The translations under genes and the position numbers were made by a program. Under the pieces are notes generated by a model. The model ran no database searches and was not told the origin of the DNA. It worked only from the letters and a program-made list of their open reading frames with translations. This document shows positions 13,091-26,900 of a stretch of DNA of 64,000 bases, one piece after another. Source of the DNA: Seison nebaliae (Eukaryota); assembly GCA_023231475.1 (NCBI GenBank), contig JALJEE010002126.1:1-64000 (forward strand), read 5' to 3'. Positions within the stretch are counted from its first letter, which is position 1; each line of letters begins with the position of its first letter.

Positions 13091-13932
13091 ATGAATGATC
13101 GAACAAGAGGCCGAATTTTGTTGAAAGTCGGATTTCTTGGCAATTCCGGGTGAGTATCCCTAAGAGATCATTCTTTAAACAGTTTCATTTCGTTCGATTA
13201 TTCAGAGTTGGAAAAACGGCGATTATCAATCAATTTGTTTTTGGAAGATTTTTAGGTAATTGGCCTCCTACAGTAAATGTCGATTGTTGTGAAGTTACAA
13301 AGATTATAAATGGATTTGAAGTCTTTTTGGAGGTTAGTCTTGTAACGATTTGTTTTAATGATGAATTATTGAATACTCGATGAAGTTATGGGATACAGCG
13401 GGAATGGAAAGATTTTCGAGCTTGATCCGTAATTATCTGCGCTTGATGAACTGGTGTATTCTGGTATGTGATTTGAATGATTGGTATTCTGTAACGGTTT
13501 TCCAATGAATTTGTAGAGTTGAATATAAAAAAATTTCTTCGTTTAAAACAGCAATTACAGGCTTGGAAAGATTTTTTTGAAGATTCTTGTACAAATGCGT
13601 CCTATCAATTTGTAGTTCTGGCGAATAAACATGATAACGTAGTGAATCGGGTTAAGAATAATTTTTTTACCTATTTCAATAAATCTTGTCTTCAGGAAAC
13701 AGTGACTGCAAATCGAACTATACTACAAAAATGGTGTCGAAGTAATGCTATCGTACTATTTGAAACTAGTGCGAAAGAAAACTTTAACATTGATACAGCT
13801 TTCACGTATCTCATGAAAGAATCATGTTCTGACAAAAGGTTATGTCACAAAAAACAAGGTAAACAAACTGGCCGACAATGTTTATTCTGTCGATTGGGGC
13901 TTCAAGATGAATCGGGCGGTTGTTGTAAATGA
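13091..13932 (+). CDS. Divergent Rab7-like small GTPase, 5 exons (13091-13149, 13206-13332, 13386-13496, 13552-13650, 13696-13932), 210 aa
   Basis: GNSGVGKT P-loop, WDTAGMERF, ANKHD, ETSAK and C-terminal GGCCK prenylation motif; the four intron positions match Rab7 at 38498 (exons 2 and 3 are 127 and 111 nt in both). Confidence 0.85.
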
Positions 13933-14177
13933 ATCTTCCAAATTTATCCGTTTTTTTTTCTGTCTCTCTTAAATATACTCTTATACTATACTAAATAGCA
14001 GTTCTTTATTTTCCGTTTTGCCTTGCTTATTTGATCTCTGTCAATTATTATTGTTGAATTTGAAGATCAAATTCTGTTGGCAACTTCCAATTCTGCCAAT
14101 TTTGAAGATCAAAAGTATATTGTGAGATGCCAACCACACTTGTTTATTCGATAATACCCACAGATCTCTTTTTCATC

Positions 14178-14288
14178 CATTTATTATGTCTGTTTATCAT
14201 TTATTTATTATCTGTTTATTATTACCTGTTGTTTCATCTATTTATCATCTGTTTATTATTTATTTATCATCTGTTTATTATATATTTA
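14178..14288. repeat. Low-complexity minisatellite, ~21-nt unit (TTTATCATCTGTTTATTATTT-like)
   Basis: About 5 imperfect tandem copies of the tctgtttatYat core. Confidence 0.6.
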
Positions 14289-15041
14289 TGATATAATATT
14301 AGGCTAATGGTGATGGTAAGTGATGGGAGAAAGAGTCAAAGGAAAAGTAGAATATGATAATTATCTACATTTCAAAATGTGATTATTCGTTGTCGATTTA
14401 ATTCATTTACTTTCCTTTGATTATTACAATGAATTATAATTTCTTTTATTATTATTTTACAATTTTTTAAGGTTGAGAACTTGAATCGAATAAATTCATT
14501 TTTCTTCTGTTCAGTAAGAAATAAATTTAAATAGATAAATAAAAGTTTTCTGTGTAATATTTATATATTTATGTAATAGGAAAATGGTGGAATAATTGAA
14601 TGTTCATTGAAAAGAAAGTGAGTTGAAAGAAATGGAATATAGTTAATGAGGAATGTGATAGATTTAAAATGATGGTAAGGATGGCAGTGATGATGATGGG
14701 AGATAAATGTGTTTTTCATGTGTCACTATCAAACATGTGGGATTTCCTCGTTTCATACAATTTAGAAATGGAAGCTGTTTAGATGTTTATTATGTTTCAT
14801 TTATTTTGAGATTAAATTCATTTTGAAAATCGTCATAATAAATTGTCGTAGATTATTCTCTAGTTAACCGGAAGGGTAGGAGGAATTTCTTCTATTAAAA
14901 CAAAAATATTGAAGAAACAATTTGAGGATTGATTAATTCGATTTTGTGAGAAGTGGATCAGTGAATTGTATTTGTAAATTTGAAAAGTGATTCCTTCCCT
15001 CATTCATTGATGTCGATGAGGACGAGTGAAATATCTCATCG

Positions 15042-17559
15042 ATGTCCTTTCAACAATCACCCGACAAATATTCTCATAATGATGATAATGATGGGAATTT
15101 GTTGATTGATACGATAATTGAGGAAGAGGAGAAGAAGATGCGTCAAAGGAAAATTACTCCAAAAGATGATTATCGTCTAAGTGATGAGGAAGAAGTGATG
15201 GAGAAGAATTCGATTGAAAAGAATGAAAATTTCAATTTTACTCCTCATTCCACCACAACGGATGAAGTTTTCCATCAGCTAAATAAACAAGGTCAGCCGC
15301 TTCGACATCATCATCAATTTCAATTAAATAAAATTTTAACAAACAATTCCACATCGACAAATAATAATGAAATTATTATTGATAAAGAAGAGGAGACAGA
15401 GAAGGGAAGATTGTTGTCCGACTCAATCAACCAGAAAGAGGAAAGAGACTTCTTACATAATCTGCGAAGTGATATTCTTAAAGAGAAGAATGATGAAGAA
15501 TTGACAATTAATAAACATGATAATGAGAAGTGTGGAAAGTTGATCGAATTGGAAGAGGAGGAAGAGGGTGAACAACATGAAGTCTTACAAGAGATGGCAA
15601 TTCGAAAGAAATTGAATGAGAGAACTTACATTCCATCAAAAACTGGAATTTTCTCTCAAACTAATAAAGAAATTGGATCGAATGAATTATTAAGAAAGCA
15701 CCATCATGATAATAACATTAATAACGACGATGCTGATGATGATGATGATAATGATTTAAGTGAATTAATTACATCAACTAATCGAACTAAACCATTTGGA
15801 AGTTGGATGAGAAATAAATTTAGAACAGTCATCGGTCAAAGAAAATATGAAGCAATTCCATTGAATGATATTGATGATAATCGAGAGAATATTCATTTAA
15901 GTCATCGTAATTACGACAAGAGAAATGGCCAATCTAATCATTTATTATTAAATGTTAACGATAATGATGACGACGATGACGATGATGAAATTGTGTTGAT
16001 GAATCGTCTCAACTCCTCTTCTACAATTCACAACAATCTTAAAATGACAACAACAACATCAACGACGAATGAAGAGTCATCGAACGCAAATCGATCGACC
16101 GAACGTTTATTTGACGATCCTGAACGTGAGACAAATGAACGATGGTATTCGAGCGCATTACAAGTTTTCATACCGTTCATCATCGCCGGATTAGGTACCG
16201 TTGGTGCTGGTATCGCATTAGATAATTATCAACATCGTCGAATTTTCACTGAAGTGAGTGAAGTTTTCATTTTGGTGCCAGCACTATTGGGATTAAAAGG
16301 TAATCTAGAAATGACTTTAGCTTCCCGATTGTCGACACAAGCCAATCTTGGACGAATGTCAAATCGGAGCGATTGTATCTCTATCATTTATGGGAATATG
16401 TTCTTGACACAATGTCAAGCATTAGTCATCGGATTATTAGCAGCTATTGTTGCCATCTTTCTCGGATGGTTACGTGATCATCAATTTTCGTTTGCTCATT
16501 CACTTCTCCTCATGTCATCGTCGGCAGTAACAGCTTTATTTGCTGCCATCATTCTAGGGAGTATTATGTGTGGAATTATTTATATTTCTTATCGATTGAA
16601 ATTAAATCCTGATAATATCGCCACACCAATTGCAGCATCATTAGGCGATCTCATCACTTTGACAATTCTCACATTAGTAGCATCAACATTTTATAATATT
16701 CTCTCTCCTCGAAGTAAATTTGAAATGATTTCAAATTCAACACTCTCTCTCAACAATCTTACTGATGTCATGAAAGACGTCGATGTACGTCATGTAACGT
16801 CATCAACGACTACTGGTCTCATTGTCTGTTCTTTATCTGTTATTCTTTCAATTTTCTTCATTCCTTTATGGGCATATCTCTCTTATCGGAATAAATATGT
16901 ACAACGCGTTTTATTTGATGGTTGGACACCGGTTCTTTCCGCTATGGTCATCTCTAGTTTAGGCGGTTTAATTCTTGATACGGCCGTCTCTAAATTTCAT
17001 GGTATCGCCGTTTTCCAACCAGTCATCAATGGAGTTGGAGGAAATTTAGCTGCTGTTCAAGCGTCACGTCTCTCCACTAAACTACATCACGAAGCGACTC
17101 ATCAATCAAACGGGGAAACTGTTCAACCGAAAACTAACGTTTGTGTTAATCCTTTCAAATTTTTCTTCTTCAAAAGTTTCATTATTTTTTCTAATAATTA
17201 ATTAAATTATTTCTAATTTTTCAGATGAAGAATCGAAAATGGCTCGACTACTTTTAGCGATGGTAATTCCTGGTCATTTGATTTTCGTCTATCTAATAGC
17301 TTATGTCAAGGCTGGACACACGAGCATTACATTCAAATTTATTTTAACTTATATTTCAGCCGCGCTCATTCAAGTCATTGTACTTCTCTTCTTAGCGCAT
17401 TGCATCGTTTACCTCGTCTGGAATCGTGGTGGTGATCCTGATAATGTTTCCATTCCATATTTGACGGCATTCGGAGATCTAATCGGCACTAGTTTATTAT
17501 CTCTCACATTTCTCATTCTTTTCAGTATCGGTGATGCTGATTATGATGTTGGAGATTAA
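15042..17559 (+). CDS. SLC41A: SLC41 (MgtE-like) Mg2+ transporter, 2 exons (intron 17176-17224), 822 aa with a long low-complexity N-terminus
   Basis: Signature motifs VPALLGLKGNLEMTLASRLSTQAN, NPDNIATPIAASLGDLITL, PVINGVGGNLAAVQASRLST and DPDNVSIPYLTAFGDLIGT. Confidence 0.95.
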
Positions 17560-18169
17560 TTTTCATTCAATCATTTATTAACGAGAAATCTCATTCAATT
17601 TCTTTATCATCAGCAAATCTCATAAAATTCGTCTTTGTTATTTATCTACAGAATTGTATTTTTCTCCTTTCTTTTATTTCTTATTCGAAAAATTTTATTC
17701 GCAATTTTAGGAAAGTTTATCGTAATAAGATATCATCAAACTATCATCATTTATTTATTTTCTTCTAAACGTCCCTTTCCCTCGAGGATAAGCAATCTTT
17801 AATTTATTCATCTAAATAAAAATTTTATTGATCTGTTAATTATGAACAAGAACAAGAACAAATAATAATCAAAACATAGATCGAAGAATCATAAGGAAAA
17901 AAATAGAAATAATTTTTTTTTGCATTTCAAATAATTCTTTCCTCCTGGTAATTATTCTCGTCTGTTCTGATGACATTGATTCATAATAATTATGTAATAG
18001 ACGATTAATGATACGTGTAAAGTAGTTAGAAGTTAGTGGCAAGAAGACGGATCACATATATTTAGGTTCGAAGAGAATAACATTTCCGACTAGTCAACAT
18101 TATTTTATTTCCTGTCAGTTAACATTTAAAAAAAAAAAACAATAAGAATTATTCAAAATAAAACTGGTC

Positions 18170-20124
18170 ATGAATTGTGGAATGATTTTCAATTTGAAAA
18201 TTTTCATTCTTCTTTTTCACATATTCTGCTGGTTGGATTGCGCGAAAAATAAAACATCATCGATCAGTATTCGTCGATCGAAATTTGGAAATTCGTTGAA
18301 GAAGATATTGACGAGTGCGACGGAGAACTCCTTGAGATTAGTGGACGGAGTGACTGAATATGAAGGGAATGTGGAAGTTAAATTGTGAAAGTTTTGAAAA
18401 AATGTTTCATTAGATTCCATCTCCAGATATTCCATGATAGTGAATGGCGTTATATTTGTGATGATAATTGGTCGTTCGTTGAAGCGCGAGTAGTTTGTCG
18501 ACATTTGGGATTTGTGGATGCTTTAGCTGCCACCGAATATAATCAATTTAAGAGTGGAGATTCGAGTTCGTTTCACTAAATAATCACATCCTAATTCCTC
18601 TCATTCTAATTCCATCTCTCAGACATCTATTGGTTAGATAATGTGTTATGTAATGGTTATGAACCGTCATTGAATGAATGTCAACATGCTGAATGGGGAA
18701 AGCACGACTGTCAATATAACGAGATGGCGGGTGTTATTTGTAATCCGAAGAAGAGTAGTACAATATTTAATCGAACAGATGAGAAATATGTGGATATCGA
18801 ACAATTGAATAAAGTTTCATTAAATTTCTGTTTTATATTTATCATCAAATCTTTTAAAATTTTATCATAATCATCATAATACAAACCGTTTTTATTAGAT
18901 GCCGTTCGATCAATTGAGTGAGTTATATATTTATGGAGGAACGACAAAGAATGAAGGAGCAGTTCACATCAAATTGAAAAAGAAGGAGAAGGAAATCGCT
19001 CTCATCTGTTCGGATGGATGGTCAATGAAAGAAGCACAAGTCACTTGCAGATCATTAGGAATCGGTTATGGATATTATGCAGTGGTTGTTCGGCCTTTTC
19101 TTTCTCCTTTATTTAAAATAGATATTTAAAAATTTTTCTAATAGACTCAATCATATAACGTACAAACATATCATATGAGTGTGAGTGGTGTTGAATGTAC
19201 AGGATATGAGAAACATTTGAAAGAATGTAAAATCGATAAAGAGATGCATTGTAGTGGGACACATATGATCGCCGGAGTGATTTGTGCGAAAGGTTTCTTC
19301 TATTCAATATTTTCATATAAAATTATACAATTCTCCTTATTTTCAGTATTACCCGATCTAGTACCAGATTTAGAAGTCTTCCGCAAATCTGTACAAATCG
19401 AAGATAAACATATGTATTATCTACAATGTGCGATGGAAGAGAATTGTCTGGCACCAACGGCATATGAAATTCAATTGAGATCGAAAAGTTGAAAATGTTT
19501 CTTTATCTCATTTGAAATCTCCTTCCTAATAGATTGGCATCATCGCAAAAGACGATTATTGAGATTCTCAGGAAGTGTTTGGAATCGAGGAACGTCCAGT
19601 TTCCGTCCATTGGCAGCGAAGAGCGATTGGGAATGGCATAAATGTCATATGTTAATCAATTGTTTTTACTTCAATTTTAAATTTGTTTATTTACTAAAAT
19701 AATTATTGTCTTCAACTAAACATTGGAGATTAGGCATTGGCATAGTATGAATGTATTCGCTGCGTACGATATCATTTATCGAGGAAAAACGATTGCTTTG
19801 GGACACAAAGCATCCTTCTGTTTAGAAGACACGAAATGTGCGAGTGGTGTCGAACGGAGATTCGCATGTGCTAATGGTGGCGATCAAGGAATCGCCATTA
19901 ATTGCACGGACATTTATTTGTATGATATCGATTGTCAATGGATCGATATTACTGATATTCCATCAGGAACGTTCCAATTACGAATGAGAATAAATCCTGA
20001 ATGGAAAGTTGCCGAATTGGATTATAGTAACAATGGAATAATTTGTACAATTCATTATAAGAAATCGATGCAAACTGGATATAAATTAATGCCGAAGAAT
20101 TGCACATACATTCCACTACCGTAA
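18170..20124 (+). CDS. LOXL: Lysyl oxidase-like protein (signal peptide, 2 SRCR domains, LOX catalytic domain), 8 exons, 507 aa
   Basis: SRCR motifs ICDDNW and ICSDGWS; LPDLVPD; LQCAMEENCL; Cu site WHKCHMHWHSM; LTQ residues in HKASFCLED and DIYLYDIDCQWIDITD. Introns 18377-18426, 18566-18622, 18814-18898, 19088-19144, 19293-19346, 19488-19532, 19651-19733. Confidence 0.93.
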
Positions 20125-20370
20125 CGATGGAATTAAAACCATAAGACATTTTCTCATTCTTTCATTCCACTTGATTATTTCTCAGATTAGTATTCGAAAT
20201 AATTTCCACTGGTTCTTTTCCTAAAATTTTTTATGTAAATTGATAGACAACGAACGAATTGAGAGAGATGTGATTGATATTTGGACGATATTTTAATTTA
20301 TTTTCATCATTTTGGCGGAATATGGAAACGTCAAAAATAAAATAACTTAAATAATTTTCCTTTTTTAAAA

Positions 20371-21873
20371 TTAGGAGGCTAATCGACATTGTTCACAATG
20401 TACCATCTGCTCCTGGAATCTTTCAATTTGGAAGCAAGTGTAACTTACATCATATTTCTGAGAAATTATATTTTCGCATTCTCTCAATAATTCCTCGTCA
20501 CTTTTCATATCGTCTTCATCTGATGATGAATTGAATGAGATTAATTCGTAAAAGTAAAGCTAAACCTCGAGCTACATGTGCAGAAATTGCATGACGATCC
20601 ATCGTCAATGACCAGATAGAGAGTGAGTGTACATGACGCACTTGAGGAATGTCCTTCAATAATTTCAGTACATCATCATAAGAGATCTCTAATGGACATC
20701 CTTCCATTAGAACTCGGATGATATCTTTGAGGATTTTTAATGTCGTTATAAGAACCAAAACAGAAAATATGTAGGTCGTAATTGGATCGATAATTTTAAG
20801 TGACGGCTAAAAAATGGGATACATTAATTAGAAGATAAAAAATAATTTTCAAAACTTTATAATAGATGATTAATGCGGCGATGAATACTCCTACACTTTG
20901 AATGACATCCCCAATCAAATGGATAGTCGCCGCTCGAATATTGATATTCTCCTCAACTTGGTTGTCATAATACTCTGAATTACTATCCATAATCACTTTG
21001 GAATCCTCTAATAAATTTTCATCGTTTCTCGTTCCATATCGATTGACAGACGTAAACGTTTCATTATCTAACATTCTTTCCATTTTACCCTTTTTCTCTT
21101 GTTGATATGAGACGGAATAAGCAGAAGCATAATTCATGTTGAGTGAAACTTCTAATGGATTGGCTGTGATTAATGGATTTCTTTCGGAATGTGATCGATG
21201 GAAAGATTGAATTCTTCTCCTATTAGCCACCTCGGCATTTTGGTATGGTTGTTTCGTCTTTTTCTTTGGTTTCTTTTTCCGACTATTCGGACAACACCAC
21301 CAGAAACAATTGAATAACTCGTAATTCAATACGACCATCATTCTAAGAAATGAAAATTTGAAAATTAATTGGAGAGATCACGAAGAACATGATATTGGAA
21401 GCGATGGCAAATCCTGATGTAATAATCATTATATCTGCTTCAATCTCGAATTCTTGATTGATAATTCTCATCGTTGCCAAATAAACGAGAACTCCGGTTA
21501 TTATCCAAATTAGAAAAATACTAAAAAGTGCTCCAATCACCTCTATCGTCAAAGTAGATGAAAAGAGATCGAACGAAATAGATAATAAACCTGTACGATA
21601 ATAACCGAAATTTATCTTTTTTGTTGCTTTCTTCTCACCGTATATAATGGCAACTATTGAAATAATATATCCTAAAACGTCTGTTCCTAAATGTGCAGCA
21701 TCTGTCATTACGGCGACACTATTTGATATTGTTCCACCCACCACCTCGATCGTCATTAATGCCAGACATACAAGGAGAACAATAAATAAACGACGTTTAG
21801 ATTTGGAACGTGAATAATCATCTTCATCATTGATATCATGGCAATGTGGCATCACTGTGTCCGACTGATCCAT
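20371..21873 (-). CDS. SLC30A: Cation diffusion facilitator zinc transporter (ZnT2/3/4/8-like, SLC30), 5 exons, ~437 aa
   Basis: SVAVMTDAAHLGTD, FGYYRTEVIGA, NINIRAATIHLIGDVIQSVGV, IDPITT, VLMEGCP, VHSLSIWSLT. Introns 21543-21590, 21343-21388, 20807-20855, 20520-20565; the start codon is uncertain. Confidence 0.92.
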
Positions 21874-22529
21874 TTCAATCAATAATGCAATTAGTTCAAG
21901 AACCGAATAAGAATGTTTATATTTTTTTTTAAATAAACGTCTAACAATTGAGGAAGAGAATTTGAAGAATTCACATTTATGAGATCACTCGTCTATTTAC
22001 TTAATATTTCGTCTACTAATGGAATTTAGACTTATCCGTCAAAACAAGAAAATGTTTGTCTGAATGAATCAACTTAGGAAATGTAACCCGATTTCATGAA
22101 CCATTGAGATACAAAGACAAACAATGAAACATTGATGAATTCCTTTGACGCTTTCATGAATTAGAAATAAGATTTATTCGATTGATAATTATCTTTAATT
22201 TTTCAAATTTTATTATGAGAAATTTACTTTAATTTACTTAAATTGAATTATGGAAAACGGTCAAATTGGAATTTATGTAAAATTCTTTCATCCATTACGG
22301 GTAAATTGTAATTGAGAAGAATTGGAATATAATTTTAAAATATTGCTTTTTTTTTGGTTGGGTAAAAAAGTGGAACAAATTGAAAAACGAAATAAGATAA
22401 TTAAGAAGGAATATAAATGAATGAATGGAATTGGAAGAGAGAATGTTCTTTTCCTTAACGAAAAATTAAAATTAATTTTTGTTTATTTCACTTTTTCTTT
22501 CTTTCTATTATTAGCACGAACAAGAAGAG

Positions 22530-23927
22530 ATGCGTGAATGCTTATCGATTCATGTGGGACAATGTGGAGTGCAAGTGGGAAACGCATGTTGGGAACTATA
22601 TTGTATGGAACATGGAATTCAACCTGACGGTACTATGAATGAAAATGAGAAGACAGTCGATTCTTCTTTTAGCACATTCTTTTCAGAAACGGCTCAACGC
22701 AAATATGTTCCCAGATCATTGATCGTCGATTTGGAAGCGACAGTTATCGACGAGATTCGAAACGGCACATATCGTCAACTATTCAATCCGAGTTATCTTC
22801 TCAATTCGATTGATGATGCTGCTAATAACTTCGCTCGCGGTCACTATACGAACGGAAAGGACATGCTGCCCAGTAGTATGGAACGATTACGACGTTTACA
22901 CGAACAAGCTGATAATTGTTGTGGTTCGTTTCTATTCCATTCGTTCGGTGGTGGTACCGGTTCCGGCTTTTCAGCACTTTTACTCCAAAATCTGAAAGAA
23001 TTATATCCAAAAGAAGCGAATGTTCAACTTTCAGTTTATCCATCTCCCACTGTCTCAACGGCCGTCGTGGAACCATATAACGCCGTCTTGAATACTCATT
23101 CGACGATCGAACATGCCGATTGTGCGTTTTCGGTAGATAATGAAGCAATTTACAGAATTTGTCGAAAAGAACTCCAAACTAAACGTCCCACTTTTACCAA
23201 CATAAATCGTATTTTAGCTCAAGTTGTCAGTTGTATCACTGCTCCTTTAAGATTCGATGGGTCGAACAATGTCGACTTAAACGAATTCCAAACTAATCTT
23301 GTTCCATATGCACGTATCCATTTCCCTCTAGTCTGTTATGCGCCATGCGTCTCTAGCGAATATGCACAACACGAAACTTTGACCACGTCACAAATCACCA
23401 AATTCTGTTTTTCCAATGATAATCAGATGTTAGCATGTGATCCGTTAGAAGGACGATATATGGCTTGTTGTCTTCTCTATCGCGGTGACGTCTCCCCAAA
23501 AGATGTCAATCAAGTCATCAACCAAATAAAGAATCAACGAAATATCCGTTTCGTGGATTGGTGTCCAACTGGTTTCAAAATCGGTTTAAATTATCAGCCA
23601 CCAACCGCCATTCCTGGTGGCGATCTAGCGAAAGTTCAACGAGCTGTTTGTATGTTGGCAAATTCGACGTCGGTAGGTGAATCGTGGAAACGAATTGATT
23701 CAAAATTCGATTTAATGTATCAAAGACGTGCATATATCCATTGGTATATTGGCGAGGGAATGGAGGAAGGCGAATTCAATGAAGCCAGAGAAGACTTAGC
23801 AGCATTGGAACGTGATTATGAAGAAGTAGCGAAAGATACGGTAGCGGAGAATACATCCAAACGAAAAAAGGAAGAAGAAGATGAATTACAAGATGAATTA
23901 GGTCTCATGGGAAGAGAAGAGGATTAG
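22530..23927 (+). CDS. TUBA: Divergent alpha-tubulin, intronless CDS, 465 aa
   Basis: MREC start, [61 protein letters not shown]. Confidence 0.95.
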   Translation: MRECLSIHVGQCGVQVGNACWELYCMEHGIQPDGTMNENEKTVDSSFSTFFSETAQRKYVPRSLIVDLEATVIDEIRNGTYRQLFNPSYLLNSIDDAANNFARGHYTNGKDMLPSSMERLRRLHEQADNCCGSFLFHSFGGGTGSGFSALLLQNLKELYPKEANVQLSVYPSPTVSTAVVEPYNAVLNTHSTIEHADCAFSVDNEAIYRICRKELQTKRPTFTNINRILAQVVSCITAPLRFDGSNNVDLNEFQTNLVPYARIHFPLVCYAPCVSSEYAQHETLTTSQITKFCFSNDNQMLACDPLEGRYMACCLLYRGDVSPKDVNQVINQIKNQRNIRFVDWCPTGFKIGLNYQPPTAIPGGDLAKVQRAVCMLANSTSVGESWKRIDSKFDLMYQRRAYIHWYIGEGMEEGEFNEAREDLAALERDYEEVAKDTVAENTSKRKKEEEDELQDELGLMGREED

Positions 23928-23986
23928 TCAAATCGAATTTTATTTCAAAACATTTTTAAAAAATCTCACAATAATAATCGTTCAGT

Positions 23987-26900
23987 CTAATGAATTAAAA
24001 TATTTTCTCTCTCATAATTCGACAAAGTATATGGTAAATTGATGTTGATGAAATGCTCTTCCAACAAATCCATGAATCGATGCAACGTATCGATATAACT
24101 CGATTGAATCTGATGGAATTGTTGATGGATTATATAGAAATTGATCATTTCTCTCAATTGGCAAATGATATTGTTCGGATATTGAGATAGCCACGTGCCA
24201 ATACCCAACGTGAACACCAACAAATCTTTATTATCTCCATTCTTATTCGATCGATTAATGAAAACATCTGAATGGAACGATAAGGAAAAAATTCATAAAA
24301 ATAATTCCGTTTAAACGAAAATGAATGTAACTTGAATTTTTATGATGGATATATGATTTTAAATGTAACGTAATGATTGAGAAGGCGATAGAAGAAATAT
24401 GTGGAATGTATCCTAATCGAGCATAGATGGTTGTGAGGACATTCGTCTCTCCAATGTTGTCCAAATAATCTCCAATCTCAACAGCAATCGCATTGTCGTT
24501 GTAGAAGAGTTGTTGCTTATTCATTAACTTTTCTTTCCCATTGACCGATATCTCTGACTTCTCCAACATTTCCATTATCATCGATCTAAAAAAATTTCCA
24601 TCAAAAAATAAAGTTTAATGGAAATGAAACTTATTGAAATTTTTTATCGTTCGAGTGATATTCGGATTAGATGTTACGGCAACTTTCCTTAACTGATGGG
24701 CGAATTGTAAACGAATCAATTGAACTTGTCCGATATGTGTGAGATGTTGGAGGATGTCGAAGAGAATTAATCGGAAATTTATATGAAGAATTTGTAGTGA
24801 TTTATTAATTTTCTCTTGACATTCGTCGATCACGTCGAATTTAATCGATATCATATCCACATTTTTCAACGTGGGTAATATTGGATGGAAAGTATTTGAG
24901 AATTTCGAACGGATCACACACTTCTCACATCGATTGAGTGCTTCAATGAAATTCTTTGCGAAATTCATTTTGTTCTTGTCGACAACTTTCTGTTGATTTA
25001 ATTGAACACTGTGAGGATTGGACGATTGAATCGAATCGTCATTCAATTGTAAATAATCGCTTAATATAGCGGCAATATGACGAAGTTGGAAAGTGCATTT
25101 CCTTCCTAAAATATCATCTAACGATCGTATACCGAAGGAAGAAATGGCGGAATGTAATTGATCGAAATGTTTCGAAATACAAGAACGATCCTTCAACTTC
25201 AAATTATACCAGGCGTTCTGTTGAGGTAGATAGACGTTGAATTTGGGATTGGTACATGAAATCAATTCATTCAACAACTTATCTAAACATGTATCATCCG
25301 AATCAGAAGTTGATGGAATTGGTAGTCCGATTTTCTGATATGAACTGATGTCCAATGAATTGTTGATAACAGAAGATGAATATTTCCTGAACGATTGTTC
25401 CCCTAAGAATGAGAGAAGTTTGGAGAATTCATCATTGAATAATTGAAGACCACTAATATTGATATAATCTTGGACGTATTCGAATACTTGACGAACGGCA
25501 TTAATTTCCGTAGATAATTCAACGAGAACCATCGAATTTAATTGATATGATTTCTTCGGAAATTTAATTAATCGATTTAAAATTTCATATAAACGCAATA
25601 ATAATTCTTTACGAATACCATCCTCTAATAATTTCTTCGGATCTAATTGTTCCACTCCGACCACCGTACTTTTCATGTTGAGAATTCCTTCAGTTAACAA
25701 AGAAATTCGATTGGTCTCTTGAGAGATTTTCTGTCGAACAATTAATTGAGAATAATTATCGATATGTTCCTTCTCCAATCTCGTCGGTAATTCGATCATG
25801 GACTTCAGTGATAAATTGATGATCATTTTGAGACGATCGAAAATCTTTCCTGGAATTATTTGAAGAATCTCCTTCACTAATTTCACTAATTCGTTTGTGT
25901 AGTGATTGGAGACACTCCAAAGATCGGGACTATTCGATTGACAGATACGGACGAGTGGCTGATCTAATGCGATGGATAATTTGAGGAATAAAGCTCGTAA
26001 TTTTATGACGAAAGTTGTATCGGTGGCGATCGATTGTTGTAGAGAAGTGACATATTTCTCCATTAATCGCCAAGCATATGACATATCAGCGACACATTGA
26101 AGATGAACGATCGAATCTTCTTTCAAATTCAACAAACGACTCATTTTCTTTAATTGATGTCGAGTGTCTTCAAGAAATTGTTTCACTTGTAAATTCGTTT
26201 CTAAATCATGATACGACATCACTTCATCTAATGCATCGATCAATGCGGAAATATTTCGTCCAGTTACCGTTCGATTAATTCGAGAAAGTTGGTGGATTCG
26301 TTCAGACATCTTACGGAACCACTGCTCCAAATGTGCATTCGGCGCAATTCGAGTAAGTGCTTTCTTACCTGAAAACACATCTGCCAATTCCACCAGTCTT
26401 TCCTCACATTCCTTCTGAAGATGTTCCCATTCGTTTGACGATTTGGTGAGAAGACGATTAAATAATTCACCAAACCGATTCTCTAATTCGGCTGTGTTTA
26501 ATAAGAATTCTAATAATTTATTGGGATTTGAAAATTGTCCAATTTTCATGAGACTTTCACGAATTATTCGACATTTCTTATTATTCTCCATGAGACATGT
26601 CGAAGGATTTGTATGGAGAATAATCCATCGGATCGTTACATTACAGTCACGTAACAATCGAATTATTTGTGACGGTTTATTCAATGCCACTTCCTCATTC
26701 ATTACTCCTTCTTTCAAATATTGTTTTATTGAAACTGATAATTCATTCAATTTATCATGTTGTTCTTTTGATTTCAATTCAATACTATTCATATCAATAT
26801 TACGATTCAATGCTGAATAAGCAGCACGGAAATCATGCCACAAATCAAAGAGATTTATGGTCAATCCCATAAAAAGAGAGATCGTCCAATTTCCCAAGAA

